A DNA stretch of 64,000 nt from Opitutaceae bacterium (GCA_028284235.1 JANQSC010000020.1:128248-192247), one strand, 5' to 3'. Shown: positions 36,408 through 46,860, numbered from the stretch's first letter. The notes: a model not told the origin generated them from the letters alone. Program-made: numbers and translations.

Positions 36408-37745
36408 TTAGCTCGTTTCGGCGGATTCCGCTTCCCCGCTTTGGGCTTCTTTGACGCTAGATCCGTCGACTAGGAATTCAAGCGTCTTATCGAAAAGCAC
36501 GGATTGTTGGGCCGATCTGAGACGATTTTGATCTTTCTTTAGCTCTTTAACGAACTGGTCGGGCTTTTGACCGCTTTGATACGCCTGATTGAAGATAAAT
36601 TGCGTCATATCCTGATCGCTCACCTCGATTTCCTCGTTCTGGGCGATCTGGTCGAGGATGAGCTGCAGTTTGACCCGGCTCTGGGCGTTCTGGCGGGACT
36701 GGGCGTGGATATCATCCTTGTTCTCCTCCAATTGCTCCTGGGCGATGCCGCGGCGCATGTTGTCCATGACGACCTGACGCATGGCGTTTTCGGTCTCCAT
36801 GTCGACCATGCTTTCGGGCAATTGGAACTCTACGGACGCAAGTAGTTTCTCCGAAATCTGGCGTCTCAAGTCGGCCCGGCGCTCTTGCTCTTTGCGACCC
36901 TTGATCCAGCCGTTCACACGCTCCTTGAGCTCGTCCAAGTCCTTGACCTGCTGCGACTCGAAAAAGGAGTCGTCCAACTCGGGGAGCTTGCGCTCGCGCA
37001 CCTCCAGCACTTCGACCGCGTAGACGGCTTTCTTGCCCTGCAGTTCCTCGACGTTGAAATCCGCTGGGAACTCGACTTCCAAGTCCGACTTGTCGCCCGT
37101 TTTCAGACCTTTCAACTGGTCGCCCAAACCGGGGATCAGTCCTTGGTCGCTGCCGATTTCCTCCCAGGTCTGCGGCATTTTGGCGTAAACCGGCTTGTCT
37201 TCGACGATCTCGCTGATCGGCTTCCCGTCGATGGAGCCTTCGTGGGAGAATTTCACGTAGTCGCCTTCGTCCGCTTCGCGCTCCACCGGCTCGAAGTCGG
37301 CCTTTTCGCGACGCATTTCCGTGATCGCCTCTTCGACTTCCTCGTCGGAAACCGCTTCGGAAAGCCCTTCGAGCTCCAGGCCCTTATAGGCTTCGACCGT
37401 GAAATCGGGCTTTACGTCGATCGTGAAAGTGATCGTCGCGTCCTTGCCAGCGGCGATCTCGCCTTCGTTCAAATCGATAGCGTTGACGAGTTCGACCTTT
37501 GCTTCGGCGATGCCTTCTTTGTAGGCCTTGGAGGTCACGCGCTGCTTGAGTTCGCCGGCGATCTCCTTGGCGTACTTTTTGCGGATGAGGCTCTGCGGCG
37601 CCTTTCCCGGGCGGAATCCAGGGATTTTGGCCATATTGGAGAATTGGGAAAGCAGGCTCTTTTCTTCCGCCTCCACTTCGTTGGCGTCGAGCGTTACCGC
37701 TAGAGTCTTTCGGGTGTCTGTGACGTTTTGTAGGTCGATTTTCAC
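36408..37745 (-). CDS. tig: Trigger factor
   Basis: IPGFRPGKAP ribosome-binding signature; FKBP-like middle domain; canonical tig-clpP-clpX order; GTG start at 37745. Confidence 0.95.
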   Translation of the reverse strand: MKIDLQNVTDTRKTLAVTLDANEVEAEEKSLLSQFSNMAKIPGFRPGKAPQSLIRKKYAKEIAGELKQRVTSKAYKEGIAEAKVELVNAIDLNEGEIAAGKDATITFTIDVKPDFTVEAYKGLELEGLSEAVSDEEVEEAITEMRREKADFEPVEREADEGDYVKFSHEGSIDGKPISEIVEDKPVYAKMPQTWEEIGSDQGLIPGLGDQLKGLKTGDKSDLEVEFPADFNVEELQGKKAVYAVEVLEVRERKLPELDDSFFESQQVKDLDELKERVNGWIKGRKEQERRADLRRQISEKLLASVEFQLPESMVDMETENAMRQVVMDNMRRGIAQEQLEENKDDIHAQSRQNAQSRVKLQLILDQIAQNEEIEVSDQDMTQFIFNQAYQSGQKPDQFVKELKKDQNRLRSAQQSVLFDKTLEFLVDGSSVKEAQSGEAESAETS

Positions 37746-37956
37746 TGAATGCGATGATGCGAGTTTACGGCTTCTTCGAGAAAAGCGCGGACAGTAGAAG
37801 ACATATTTCGCCCGGGTCAATGTATTTGGGAGGCATTCCGAATCGGCCCAAGCGGACTGAATCCCCCAAATCAAGCGATCGCGTCAATCCGACAAACCCG
37901 CGCCCCCCGCGCTTTTCCGCTTGTAGGATCAGACAGAGACGCTGTGATTTCTCCTC

Positions 37957-38643
37957 GTGACCGATTTGCCCGCCACTCGAAAAATGCTCGTCGTCGACAC
38001 CGCGTCCCGTCGGGTCTGCGTGGGATTGTTCAACGAGTCGGGGGAGCTGTCGACCCGCGACAGCGACGAGGAGGCCTCCCTTTCGCTTTTCCCTTTGGTC
38101 AAAAACGTGCTTGAGCCCGCTGGTTGGTCGCTCACAAACCTGGAGTCCATCGTGTTTTGCAGCGGTCCGGGTTCCGTCCTGGGCATCCGCACCGCCGCCA
38201 TGTGCATTCGAACCTGGCAAGGAGCCGGATTGATACCCGACGTGAAGATCTTCTCTTATAGTAGCTTGCATTTGGGCGCTGCGCTCGTTCGGCTCGATCA
38301 ACCCGATTTGCCGGGCCCGTTCTTCACCGTCACCGACGCCCGCCGCCAAAGCTGGAACGCGCTCAAGTCGGACGCCGGCGGCGATGGCGTAATCGGGATC
38401 CTCGATAACGCGGATCTAGAAGCCGAAAGCGCTCCGCTTTTTTCGCTTCGCGAGTTTCCCGTCTGGACCCAAACTCGAGCGAAAGTCGAACCCCTTTCCT
38501 ACCTGCCCGAGCGCGTTATGAAATCCCCGGAGTTTAGCCAACTCCTTGTCAAGAATCCCAACGTTGACCCACTCAAAATCCGGGCCATTGAATTCGCAAA
38601 ATGGACCGCCAAACCGAGAACCGCCGACCAAATCGACTCGTGA
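37957..38643 (+). CDS. tsaB: tRNA threonylcarbamoyladenosine biosynthesis protein TsaB-like
   Basis: LVVDTAS and FCSGPGSVLGIRTA (GPGSFTGLR-like), DARR motifs; divergent sequence. Confidence 0.75.
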   Translation: MTDLPATRKMLVVDTASRRVCVGLFNESGELSTRDSDEEASLSLFPLVKNVLEPAGWSLTNLESIVFCSGPGSVLGIRTAAMCIRTWQGAGLIPDVKIFSYSSLHLGAALVRLDQPDLPGPFFTVTDARRQSWNALKSDAGGDGVIGILDNADLEAESAPLFSLREFPVWTQTRAKVEPLSYLPERVMKSPEFSQLLVKNPNVDPLKIRAIEFAKWTAKPRTADQIDS

Positions 38644-39794
38644 GCGAAACCTCTACCGCCAATCTCCGCTGCTGGGCGGAAATCGACCTGGCCGCGCTCG
38701 AGCGAAACTTGAAATCCATTCGCGGCGCCCTGCCCGACCGCATCCGCTACATGGCCGTCGTCAAAGCCGACGCCTACGGCCACGGGATGCAGCAGACGGT
38801 TGCCCGGTTAATGCACGCGGGCGTGGACATGTTCGCGGTCGCCAACGTGCTGGAGGCGGTCAATATCCGCGAAATCGGAACCGGCTGGCCCATCATCGTC
38901 CTTGGAGCCACTCTCGCCAACGAGGAGTCCTACCTTTTTGAATACGACTTGATCCCCACCGTTTCCACCGTGGAGGAAGTCGAGCGCCTCAACGCCAACG
39001 CGAAACAGCGCGAAAAAACGCTCAAGGTACACATCAAGATCGACACTGGAATGGGCCGGCTGGGCATCTGGCACGAATACGCCGATTCGCTTTTCGACGC
39101 GATGAGAGCAGCGTCGCATCTGGAACTGGACGGCATCTACACCCACTTCGCCGCCGCCGACCGAGATCCGGAGTTCACTCGAATGCAACGGTCGCTGTTC
39201 GCCGGCGCGATCGCGAAGATCGACTGGATCGAACTGGACGACCTTCTCATCCACGCGGACAACAGCGCCGGTATCACGACCTTCGCTCCCAACAGTATCT
39301 ACAACGCGGTCCGCATTGGACTGCTCCAGTTCGGCATCACGCCTTATCCCAGCTCCATGCTCGGAAAGGCGGAAACGACCCCGATCTTCCGATTCAAGTC
39401 GCGCGTCGGGATCGTCAAAACCCTTCCCGAGGGAGCGACCATCAGCTACGGGCGGACGCGGAGGCTCGAGCGCGACAGCCAGATCGCCATCGTTTGCGCC
39501 GGTTACGGAGACGGCGTTCCTCTCCCGCTGAGCAATCGCGGCGAAGTCCTCATACACGGTCAGCGCTGCCCAATTCTCGGGAAAATCACCATGGACCAGA
39601 CAATCGTCGATGTCACTGATCTGAGAAAGCCCGCCCAAAGCGGCGATGTCGTCACTCTGATCGGTGAACAAGACGGGGGCGAAATCCCGCTCGAAGAGTT
39701 CAGCGAATGGGCACGGACCATTTCCTGGGAAGTCCTCTGCTCGGTCACAAAGCGAGTCACGCGCATCTATCGGACGGATATGAAAACGGGCTGA
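38640..39794 (+). CDS. alr: Alanine racemase
   Basis: WAEIDLAALERN, AVVKADAYGHG (PLP-Lys), HIKIDTGMGRLG, THFAAAD and ISYG motifs; GTG start overlaps the tsaB stop (GTGA). Confidence 0.96.
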   Translation: MSETSTANLRCWAEIDLAALERNLKSIRGALPDRIRYMAVVKADAYGHGMQQTVARLMHAGVDMFAVANVLEAVNIREIGTGWPIIVLGATLANEESYLFEYDLIPTVSTVEEVERLNANAKQREKTLKVHIKIDTGMGRLGIWHEYADSLFDAMRAASHLELDGIYTHFAAADRDPEFTRMQRSLFAGAIAKIDWIELDDLLIHADNSAGITTFAPNSIYNAVRIGLLQFGITPYPSSMLGKAETTPIFRFKSRVGIVKTLPEGATISYGRTRRLERDSQIAIVCAGYGDGVPLPLSNRGEVLIHGQRCPILGKITMDQTIVDVTDLRKPAQSGDVVTLIGEQDGGEIPLEEFSEWARTISWEVLCSVTKRVTRIYRTDMKTG

Positions 39795-39913
39795 ACAGTG
39801 TTCAAAAGATGTCCAATTGACTTGTAATCCTGGGTAGAAATGATTCCCTGCCGGAGTTACATTTGGGTAACAACCAGGAGTTCAAGGGATAAACTACAAA
39901 CAAAGGGAGAATA

Positions 39914-40369
39914 ATGAATTGCTGCACAATTACGCGGGCAACGCTCGCAATCGTAGCGCTATGTGTTGGGGGCTCCTCGTCCATAGCCAAAAAGGCAAAT
40001 AAACAGCCGGATGCGGAAATCGCCGTCGAAATCACCGAAGCGCCTCGCTTTCCCGCGCTCGGATTCGCCGCTCAATGCGTGAGCAATCTCGATAGCGAGA
40101 AAGGCGCCTGCACGCTCGACGCTCTCGATCCTAAGGACCGTCTTACCGTCCTCTTCGTCGAGGAAGACTCGCTGGCGAACGAGGCGGGCCTCGCCGCGGG
40201 CGACATCGTAATTTCCGTCGCGGGCATCTATCTCTCGAAGGGGAAAACCGCGATCGCCCGGCTCGAGGAAGAAGTCATTCCCACTCTCGACGAGTCCGAC
40301 ACAGTCGCCTTCCTCGTCATCCGCGACGGCTACACCCGTGAATTGACCGCGCCCGCGAACACGAGCTAG
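39914..40369 (+). CDS. Secreted single-PDZ-domain protein
   Basis: Signal-like N-terminus; ALGF, VEEDSLANEAGLAAGDIVISVAG and VIRDG PDZ pattern. Confidence 0.75.
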   Translation: MNCCTITRATLAIVALCVGGSSSIAKKANKQPDAEIAVEITEAPRFPALGFAAQCVSNLDSEKGACTLDALDPKDRLTVLFVEEDSLANEAGLAAGDIVISVAGIYLSKGKTAIARLEEEVIPTLDESDTVAFLVIRDGYTRELTAPANTS

Positions 40370-40432
40370 CCGCGAATCGACGCAATCCGTTGTTTACACT
40401 GGGCGCGCTTCCCCCAAGGCTGGCCGCGCACA

Positions 40433-40945
40433 ATGGCCCATCCACGGAACGAAGTCGTATTTGTCTGCACCGCCAATACTTGCCGCAGCCCCATGGCCGA
40501 AGGTCTCTTTAGGCATGCCCTTGCCGCTCAAGGCGAGCCGCTGAACGGGCTGAAGGTGTCTTCGGCAGGCGTGTCCGTGTTCGATCGCCAAACGGCCAAC
40601 CCCAACACCGTTATGGCCCTGTCGAAAGTGGGCATCGATCTTACGAAGCACCGGAGCCAGCCGATCACGCAAACGCTTCTCGATTCCGCATTGGCCGTTT
40701 TCGGGATGACCGAGTCCCATCTCGCCATGATCGCGCTGCAAGCCAATCCACCTCCCGCCAACGCCTTTCTCATGCGGGAGTTCATGGGAGACGACGCCGA
40801 TCCGCAAATTCCCGACCCGTTCGGAATGAGCTTGTCGCACTACGAAGCCTGTCGCGACAACATGGTCGAAGCCATCCCATCGCTTCTGCAAGTCGTCGAG
40901 CGACTGTACAGCGCTCAGTTTTCCGCCGAGACCGACGATAGATAA
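40433..40945 (+). CDS. Low molecular weight protein tyrosine/arginine phosphatase
   Basis: FVCTANTCRSPMAE P-loop; IPDPFG. Confidence 0.92.
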   Translation: MAHPRNEVVFVCTANTCRSPMAEGLFRHALAAQGEPLNGLKVSSAGVSVFDRQTANPNTVMALSKVGIDLTKHRSQPITQTLLDSALAVFGMTESHLAMIALQANPPPANAFLMREFMGDDADPQIPDPFGMSLSHYEACRDNMVEAIPSLLQVVERLYSAQFSAETDDR

Positions 40946-40978
40946 GCGCCGGGCCCCAATCACGCCCTCGGTGACTCC

Positions 40979-41629
40979 ATGAAGAACTCGCTTTCCGACA
41001 ATCTAAAACGTTCCCTCGGCGCGGACGACGAAACGGACGTGACGCTCAAAACCATCGTCGACAACGTGGAAGAACAAGGGTTCGGGCTGCTGCTCATGGT
41101 CCTATCGCTCCCGAGCGCTCTGCCGATTCCCGCCGCGGGCTACTCCACTCCCTTCGGGATACTCTTCATTCTGCTCGGCCTGCAGATGCTAGCGGGTCGC
41201 CATCGCCCATGGCTACCGAATTGGGCGGCCCAGCGGAAACTCAGCCGACCCTTCGCGGAAAAAGCGATCGGGACCGCAACCCGATGGCTAGTCCGAATCG
41301 AAAAATTGGTCCACCCGCGTTTCAAATGGATCAGCAGCCCGTTCGGCTCGCGCTTCATGAGCTTTGTGGTCGTTGTCATGGCCGCTCTGATGACGCTTCC
41401 CATTCCCACGACCAATACTATTCCAGCAGCGGTCATATTTCTCATCGGCGTGGGGCTATCAGAAAAAGACGGCCTCTTCTGCCTCGGCGCTTGCGTGCTG
41501 GGAGTGATAGCGATCGGCATCTACACGGTCGTAATCTACATCCTCGTCACCCAAGGCATGGAGGGCGTCGAAGCGCTCAAGGACTGGGTGAAGGGCTTTT
41601 TCAGTTCCGACGCGGACCAACCCGCCTAG
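40979..41629 (+). CDS. ExoD family membrane protein
   Basis: GFGLLLMVLSLPSALPIP, QMLAGRHRPWLP, LPIPTTNTIPA and EKDG motifs. Confidence 0.88.
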   Translation: MKNSLSDNLKRSLGADDETDVTLKTIVDNVEEQGFGLLLMVLSLPSALPIPAAGYSTPFGILFILLGLQMLAGRHRPWLPNWAAQRKLSRPFAEKAIGTATRWLVRIEKLVHPRFKWISSPFGSRFMSFVVVVMAALMTLPIPTTNTIPAAVIFLIGVGLSEKDGLFCLGACVLGVIAIGIYTVVIYILVTQGMEGVEALKDWVKGFFSSDADQPA

Positions 41630-42546
41630 CTTTTCGGTAGCGACCGCAAGGCTTCCATAAACTCCTCGGTCGTCCAAGCGCTTTTCTCCGAACGCTTGAG
41701 GATCGTTCCATCCGCGCCGACAAGCACGGTCGCCAAACTGTGCATGATCGTATCCACTTTCTCGATAGACGTGACTCCTAGCGCCTTCACCATATCGCGG
41801 ACAGCGGACTTCGGTCCGGTGACGAAGTGGAAGTTGCTCCCGTCAATTCCGTAGCCTTCCGCGTACACACGCAGCACTCCAGGCGTGTCGAACTCCGGAT
41901 CGAGAGTGACGGAGACGAAGTTGATGTCGAATCCGGCGTTCGCGACCGACTTCTGCAATTCGGCCATCTTTCGCGTCGAAAGCGGACACATGTTGGGATC
42001 TGGGCAACGGGTGAAAATGAAATTCATCATAAACGGCTTCCCTGCCAAACGGTCGCTGCTCACGACCTTTCCGAACTGGTCCAGCAACGCGAAATCCGGC
42101 GACTCGTCGCCTTCCCCGTAGTAGTAGCCGGACGGCAAGGCCTTCGCCTGTTTGCTCAGACGAGCGTTCGTCCGCTTCAAGTCGCGGGCGGCTTCCTCGT
42201 CTAGTGGCCAGATCTTGATCAACTGGAACTCCCCCGCTTCCCCACGCACCAGTCGCGCCCGAATCCGCTGGCCAATTGAGGCATTTTGAATGTCGCCCAG
42301 CGACACCTTGAACCGCATAGTCATCGCGGGCATAAATCCCGGAATATCCTCGTGAGCGACCTCGAGCATCCGCGCCTCCGCGTCGATGCCGGTGATCTCG
42401 CCGACAAGCGGATGCCCTTCCGCATCCTCGTCTTCCTCCACTTCCGATGAACTGCATCCGAACAAGATGGCGGCTCCGAACCCGACTGCTAGAGCTTGCT
42501 TAAATCGCCTATTCGCACGGCTTATATATTTTAATTTCCACTTCAT
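41626..42546 (-). CDS. SCO/SenC copper chaperone fused to an N-terminal CusF-like copper-binding domain (lipoprotein)
   Basis: Lipobox LFGC; VAHEDIPGFMPAMTMRF (CusF-like); FIFTRCPDPNMCP, VTLDPEFDTP and IMHSLAT (SCO). Confidence 0.9.
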   Translation of the reverse strand: MKWKLKYISRANRRFKQALAVGFGAAILFGCSSSEVEEDEDAEGHPLVGEITGIDAEARMLEVAHEDIPGFMPAMTMRFKVSLGDIQNASIGQRIRARLVRGEAGEFQLIKIWPLDEEAARDLKRTNARLSKQAKALPSGYYYGEGDESPDFALLDQFGKVVSSDRLAGKPFMMNFIFTRCPDPNMCPLSTRKMAELQKSVANAGFDINFVSVTLDPEFDTPGVLRVYAEGYGIDGSNFHFVTGPKSAVRDMVKALGVTSIEKVDTIMHSLATVLVGADGTILKRSEKSAWTTEEFMEALRSLPKS

Positions 42547-42599
42547 TTTCTCGAAATCGTATAAACAAGCGCTACTGACCTAATGCAATCACGATTCGT

Positions 42600-43616
42600 A
42601 TGAACGCGCCTTCAGAAGCCCATTCCCAGTTTCCTTACCGTCCACTCCTCTTCTGGTTTGGACTGGGCACGCTCGTGTGGATCACATTTCTTCTCTACGC
42701 GGGCGGCTTCACCACGAGTATCCGGGCAGGGATGGCGTTCCTCGACTGGCCGCTCTCGAACGGCTCCATCAACCCCGAGGGCTGGCTTGAAAACGAGGAC
42801 ATGATGGCGGAACACAGCCACCGCCTGCTGGGAGCCGTGATGGGGCTGCTGTCGATCGGCCTATGCGTAGCGGCTTACGCGCTTACCAAGGACCGGATCA
42901 TTCGCAAACTGGGAGTCGCACTCGTCATTCTCGTCGTGACGCAAGGCGTTCTCGGCGGCCTTCGGGTCAAGCTCGACGCGCTCAATCTCCAAATCGACCA
43001 CAATCTCTACGCCCAGACCTTCGCGGTCGCGCACGCGACCCTCGCCCAGATCTTCCTCTGTTCGCTCGTGGCGTTCGCCGTGATGACCAGCCGCTCCTGG
43101 ATCGAGCGGTCCGCCGGCTTCGAAAACGCGCCCGATCGCTCAATCGGGACGTTCGGGATGATCGCCTGCGTCGTGATCGTGCTCCAACTGATCATCGGCG
43201 CCATCATGCGCCACAGCTACGCAGGACTGGCGATCACCAGTTTTCCCTACAGCCACCCCGCCGGCTACTGGATACCGCCCGCGTTCGACTTCAAAGTCGC
43301 CATTCATTTCGCCCATCGCGTCGGCGGGCTCGTCGTCTCCGCAGCCCTCGTCGCCCTTGTCGTGAAGATTTTCCGAAATTCCGCCGCCCGAGCGGCCATG
43401 GGGAAGTCCGCCATCGTTCTCATCGCTCTGCTCGCCATCCAAATCTACTTGGGGGCGCTCACAATCTGGACCGTGCGCAACCCGCACGTCGCCACTTTGC
43501 ACATGCTCAATGGCGCCTTTCTCCTGTCAATTTGCTGGATGATGACGCTCCGAAGCTTGAAATTTCGATTCGATGCTTCAGTCCTGTCTCCGCGGGCGCC
43601 GCAAACCAGCGCCTAG
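42600..43616 (+). CDS. ctaA: Heme A synthase (COX15/CtaA family)
   Basis: Eight-TM pattern with conserved His in EHSHRLLG, VAHATLAQ, FAHRVGG and TLHMLNG. Confidence 0.9.
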   Translation: MNAPSEAHSQFPYRPLLFWFGLGTLVWITFLLYAGGFTTSIRAGMAFLDWPLSNGSINPEGWLENEDMMAEHSHRLLGAVMGLLSIGLCVAAYALTKDRIIRKLGVALVILVVTQGVLGGLRVKLDALNLQIDHNLYAQTFAVAHATLAQIFLCSLVAFAVMTSRSWIERSAGFENAPDRSIGTFGMIACVVIVLQLIIGAIMRHSYAGLAITSFPYSHPAGYWIPPAFDFKVAIHFAHRVGGLVVSAALVALVVKIFRNSAARAAMGKSAIVLIALLAIQIYLGALTIWTVRNPHVATLHMLNGAFLLSICWMMTLRSLKFRFDASVLSPRAPQTSA

Positions 43617-43644
43617 CGCGGCGAACGGCTGATCCCTATCACCC

Positions 43645-44574
43645 ATGAGCCTCAAGCAAAGCAACACCATTTCAACCGCCGCCGATTTGATCGAACCATC
43701 CCGCAGCGCCACCCTCAGTTGGGCCGGCTACTACGAACTCACGAAACCGCGACTGAGCCTGCTCTCCGTCGTCACCGCCCTCGTGGGATACCTAGCGGCG
43801 CTACCGGCCCGCGACTGGATGGGGCTGTTCCACTTTCTCGTCGGCACCGCGCTTTGCGCCGCGGGCGCCGCCGCCCTCAACCAATGGCTCGAACGCGAGC
43901 AGGACGCGGTGATGAACCGCACCCGCGGACGTCCCATTCCCGCGCGGCAAGTGACTCCCAAATCGGCCTTACTGTTTGGCGTCGCTCTCTCCGTGGTCGG
44001 CTGCGCGCAACTGTACTGGGGCGCGAATCTGCTGACCGGATTCCTCGGAGCGGCGACCATTTTGAGTTACGTTCTCATTTACACGCCCATGAAACGAGCC
44101 ACCCGCTGGGCTACGGAAGTGGGCGCTATTCCGGGCGCTATTCCGCCACTGATTGGCTGGGCCGCGGCGGAGAACTCGATCTCCACATTGGGGTGGATTC
44201 TCTTCGGCATACTCGCCATCTGGCAGATCCCCCACTTCATGGCCATCGCCTGGCTCTACCGCGAGGACTACGAGAGGGGCGGATTCCCAATGCTGTCGGT
44301 GATCGATACCCACGGACAACGTGTCGCTCGTTGGGCGCTGATCAACACCGTCGTCTTGATCCCCGTGAGCTTGCTGCCAACGCTCCTCGGCTACTGCGGC
44401 TGGATCTACACAGCGGTCGCCCTCGTATTCGGATTGTGGTTTCTCAAGCGCGCGTTCGCGTTCACTCGCAGCGACAATCGCGAAGCCAGCGCCCGCAGCC
44501 TGTTTATAAACTCCATTCTCTACCTTCCCGCGGTACTCTTTAGCCTTGTCATCGATCGCTGGATACTCGTCTAG
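43645..44574 (+). CDS. cyoE: Protoheme IX farnesyltransferase (heme O synthase)
   Basis: LTKPRL, LNQWLEREQDAVMNRTRGRPIP, YTPMKR, WQIPHFMAIAWLYREDY motifs. Confidence 0.95.
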   Translation: MSLKQSNTISTAADLIEPSRSATLSWAGYYELTKPRLSLLSVVTALVGYLAALPARDWMGLFHFLVGTALCAAGAAALNQWLEREQDAVMNRTRGRPIPARQVTPKSALLFGVALSVVGCAQLYWGANLLTGFLGAATILSYVLIYTPMKRATRWATEVGAIPGAIPPLIGWAAAENSISTLGWILFGILAIWQIPHFMAIAWLYREDYERGGFPMLSVIDTHGQRVARWALINTVVLIPVSLLPTLLGYCGWIYTAVALVFGLWFLKRAFAFTRSDNREASARSLFINSILYLPAVLFSLVIDRWILV

Positions 44575-44598
44575 ACCGTCCGAGCGCCAACCAAATCT

Positions 44599-45036
44599 AT
44601 GGAAACCAGCGACATACCGGCGTTGAACGCCCTCCTCAACTCAATTGCGACTCTCCTGATAATCTCGGGACTCGTGGCGATCAAACGGGGCAAAAAGAAA
44701 GGGCATCGTTCCTTTATGACCGCTGCCCTGGCGGTTTCGGTCCTCTTTCTGACTGGCTACATCTACCACAAGTACTCGGTTGACTGGCAAAACCGGTCGA
44801 TCGGAGCGGACGGGGCAATTCGAGCCGTTTATCTCGTGATGCTTCTAACCCATGTGCTGCTCGCTATGGCCATAGTCCCGCTGGTGCTGCGCGTTTTCTA
44901 TCTGGCGATCAAGGGACGCTACGAGAGCCACAAGCGGTGGGCGCGATGGACTTATCCAATCTGGCTGTACGTTTCCGTGACTGGAGTCTTGGTTTACTTT
45001 TCGATTTATGTTTGGTTTCCCCCAATGGCTGTCTAG
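44599..45036 (+). CDS. DUF420 family membrane protein
   Basis: LNALLNSIA, HRSFM, LLTHVLLA, HKRWARWTYPIWLYVSVTGVLVY motifs; typical cta-cluster context. Confidence 0.9.
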   Translation: METSDIPALNALLNSIATLLIISGLVAIKRGKKKGHRSFMTAALAVSVLFLTGYIYHKYSVDWQNRSIGADGAIRAVYLVMLLTHVLLAMAIVPLVLRVFYLAIKGRYESHKRWARWTYPIWLYVSVTGVLVYFSIYVWFPPMAV

Positions 45037-45051
45037 ACACGCCAAACTTCT

Positions 45052-46848
45052 ATGTCCTGGGAAATCATCTGCGTATTCGCCCTGCTCGCGCTCGCGCTGG
45101 CCAGTTTTGTATGGGAAAAAGTGCCGCCCGACGTCACGGCCTTGTCCCTGTTCTCGATCCTCTTGATTTCCGGACTTCTGCCTGCAGACAAGGCGTTTTC
45201 CGTTTTTTCGAATCCCGCCCCTATTACGGTCGGAGCGATGTTCATCATCAGCGCCGCGCTCGACAAATGCGGCGTCATAGACCGACTCGCGCTCGGGCTC
45301 CAGGGCCTTTCCCGATTTAGCTACCGGCCCTTCTTGCTCTTCATCTTGCTAATCGCCGGAACGGTCTCCGCATTTATCAACAACACGCCGGTTGTCGTCG
45401 TCATGCTGCCGGTGGTGCTCACCCTGGCGAAGAAAATCGGCGTTTCCGGTTCCAAGGTCCTAATCCCCCTTTCCTACGCTTCAATTTTGGGCGGCACTTG
45501 CACGTTGCTGGGCACGAGCACCAACATCATCGTCAGCGGAGTCGCCGAGACGGCTGGAGAGCCGCCGATTCGCATGTTCGAATTCGCATTTGTCGGCCTG
45601 CCCCTCTTCATCGCCGGCCTGGCTTATTTGATACTTTTCGGAAACAAAGTCCTACCCATCCGTGAAACGCTCACGTCGATTCTTTCCGACGAGGAACGCC
45701 GCGAGTACATCACCGAAGCCTTCGTCAACAGCGAATCGCCCGTGATCGGGAAAAGCCTCAAAGCCTCCGGTCTACAACGAGTATCCGGCATTCGCGTCAT
45801 CGACATCGTCCGCTCCGGCGCCTCCCTGCAAACGCGACTCAACGAAGTCACCCTCGAGGAAGGGGACCGTCTCGTGCTCGCGTGCCGCGCTTCGGGCATC
45901 GTGCAAGCGCGAAGCTTCGAGGGGCTCGACCTCGCGAGCGAAGCAGGCCTCGGCCTCGAGCAAATCGCCGCCCACGAAGGAATGATGGTCGAAGGCATTC
46001 TCGGACCCAATTCAAAGATTCTGGGAAAGACAATCGAGGAAGTGAACTTTCGCCAGCGCTTCCGACTGGTCGTCCTTGCCGTGCATCGCAAAGGGAAAAA
46101 CTTGCGCGAGAAAATCGGTTCGCTCCGCCTGGAATTCGGCGATACCCTGCTCTTGCTCGGTACCGATATCGCCATTCAAAACCTGCGCTCCAACGAGGAC
46201 ATCATCATGATGTCCAACGACCCCATGCCCTCGAAAGTGGAGAAATGGAAGATCGGCGTAGTCGTTTCCGCCATCGCCGGAGTGGTGATTTGCGCTTCCA
46301 CCGGGATCGCCCCTATCGCGGTCAGCGCCATCGTGGCCTGCGTAGTTCTGTTTCTCACCAATTGCATACGGCCGAAGGACGGCTACGGAGCAATCCAGTG
46401 GAATCTGCTGTTCATCATTTACGGCATGCTCGGGATGGGGATGGCCATGGAGCATACGGGAGCGTCGTTGTGGTTGGCAAATTCGCTCACCGGCGCGGTG
46501 ACCGGATTTGTGACGCCTTCCTGGCAGCCCTACGTCATGCTCGCCTGCGTCTACCTGCTCACCAATATACTGACCGAATCGCTTTCGAACAACGCCGCTG
46601 CCGTGCTTATGGCCACCTTGGCGATCGGCATCGCCGAATCGCTGGGAGTGAGCATGCGGCCGTTTCTCTTCGCTGTGGCCATCGCCGCGTCCTCAAGTTT
46701 CGCAACTCCGATTGGGTATCAAACAAACACCTACGTTTACGGTGCGGGTGGATACCGGTTTTCGGATTTCACCAAAGCAGGACTCCCGCTGAACATCCTG
46801 TGCTTCATTACGTCGGTAATTCTCATTCCGCTTATTTGGGAGTTTTAA
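45052..46848 (+). CDS. SLC13/CitMHS-type permease with two TrkA-C (RCK-C) domains
   Basis: SAFINNTPVV, LGGTCTLLGTSTN, SFATPIGYQTNTYVYGAGGYRFSDF motifs; central soluble RCK-C region. Confidence 0.92.
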   Translation: MSWEIICVFALLALALASFVWEKVPPDVTALSLFSILLISGLLPADKAFSVFSNPAPITVGAMFIISAALDKCGVIDRLALGLQGLSRFSYRPFLLFILLIAGTVSAFINNTPVVVVMLPVVLTLAKKIGVSGSKVLIPLSYASILGGTCTLLGTSTNIIVSGVAETAGEPPIRMFEFAFVGLPLFIAGLAYLILFGNKVLPIRETLTSILSDEERREYITEAFVNSESPVIGKSLKASGLQRVSGIRVIDIVRSGASLQTRLNEVTLEEGDRLVLACRASGIVQARSFEGLDLASEAGLGLEQIAAHEGMMVEGILGPNSKILGKTIEEVNFRQRFRLVVLAVHRKGKNLREKIGSLRLEFGDTLLLLGTDIAIQNLRSNEDIIMMSNDPMPSKVEKWKIGVVVSAIAGVVICASTGIAPIAVSAIVACVVLFLTNCIRPKDGYGAIQWNLLFIIYGMLGMGMAMEHTGASLWLANSLTGAVTGFVTPSWQPYVMLACVYLLTNILTESLSNNAAAVLMATLAIGIAESLGVSMRPFLFAVAIAASSSFATPIGYQTNTYVYGAGGYRFSDFTKAGLPLNILCFITSVILIPLIWEF

Positions 46849-46860
46849 TCGCAATAAACG

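Noticed and set aside
37746-37956. tRNA-Leu that often precedes tig
   Set aside because: No T-arm (GTTCGA) in a cloverleaf context and no CCA end on either strand.
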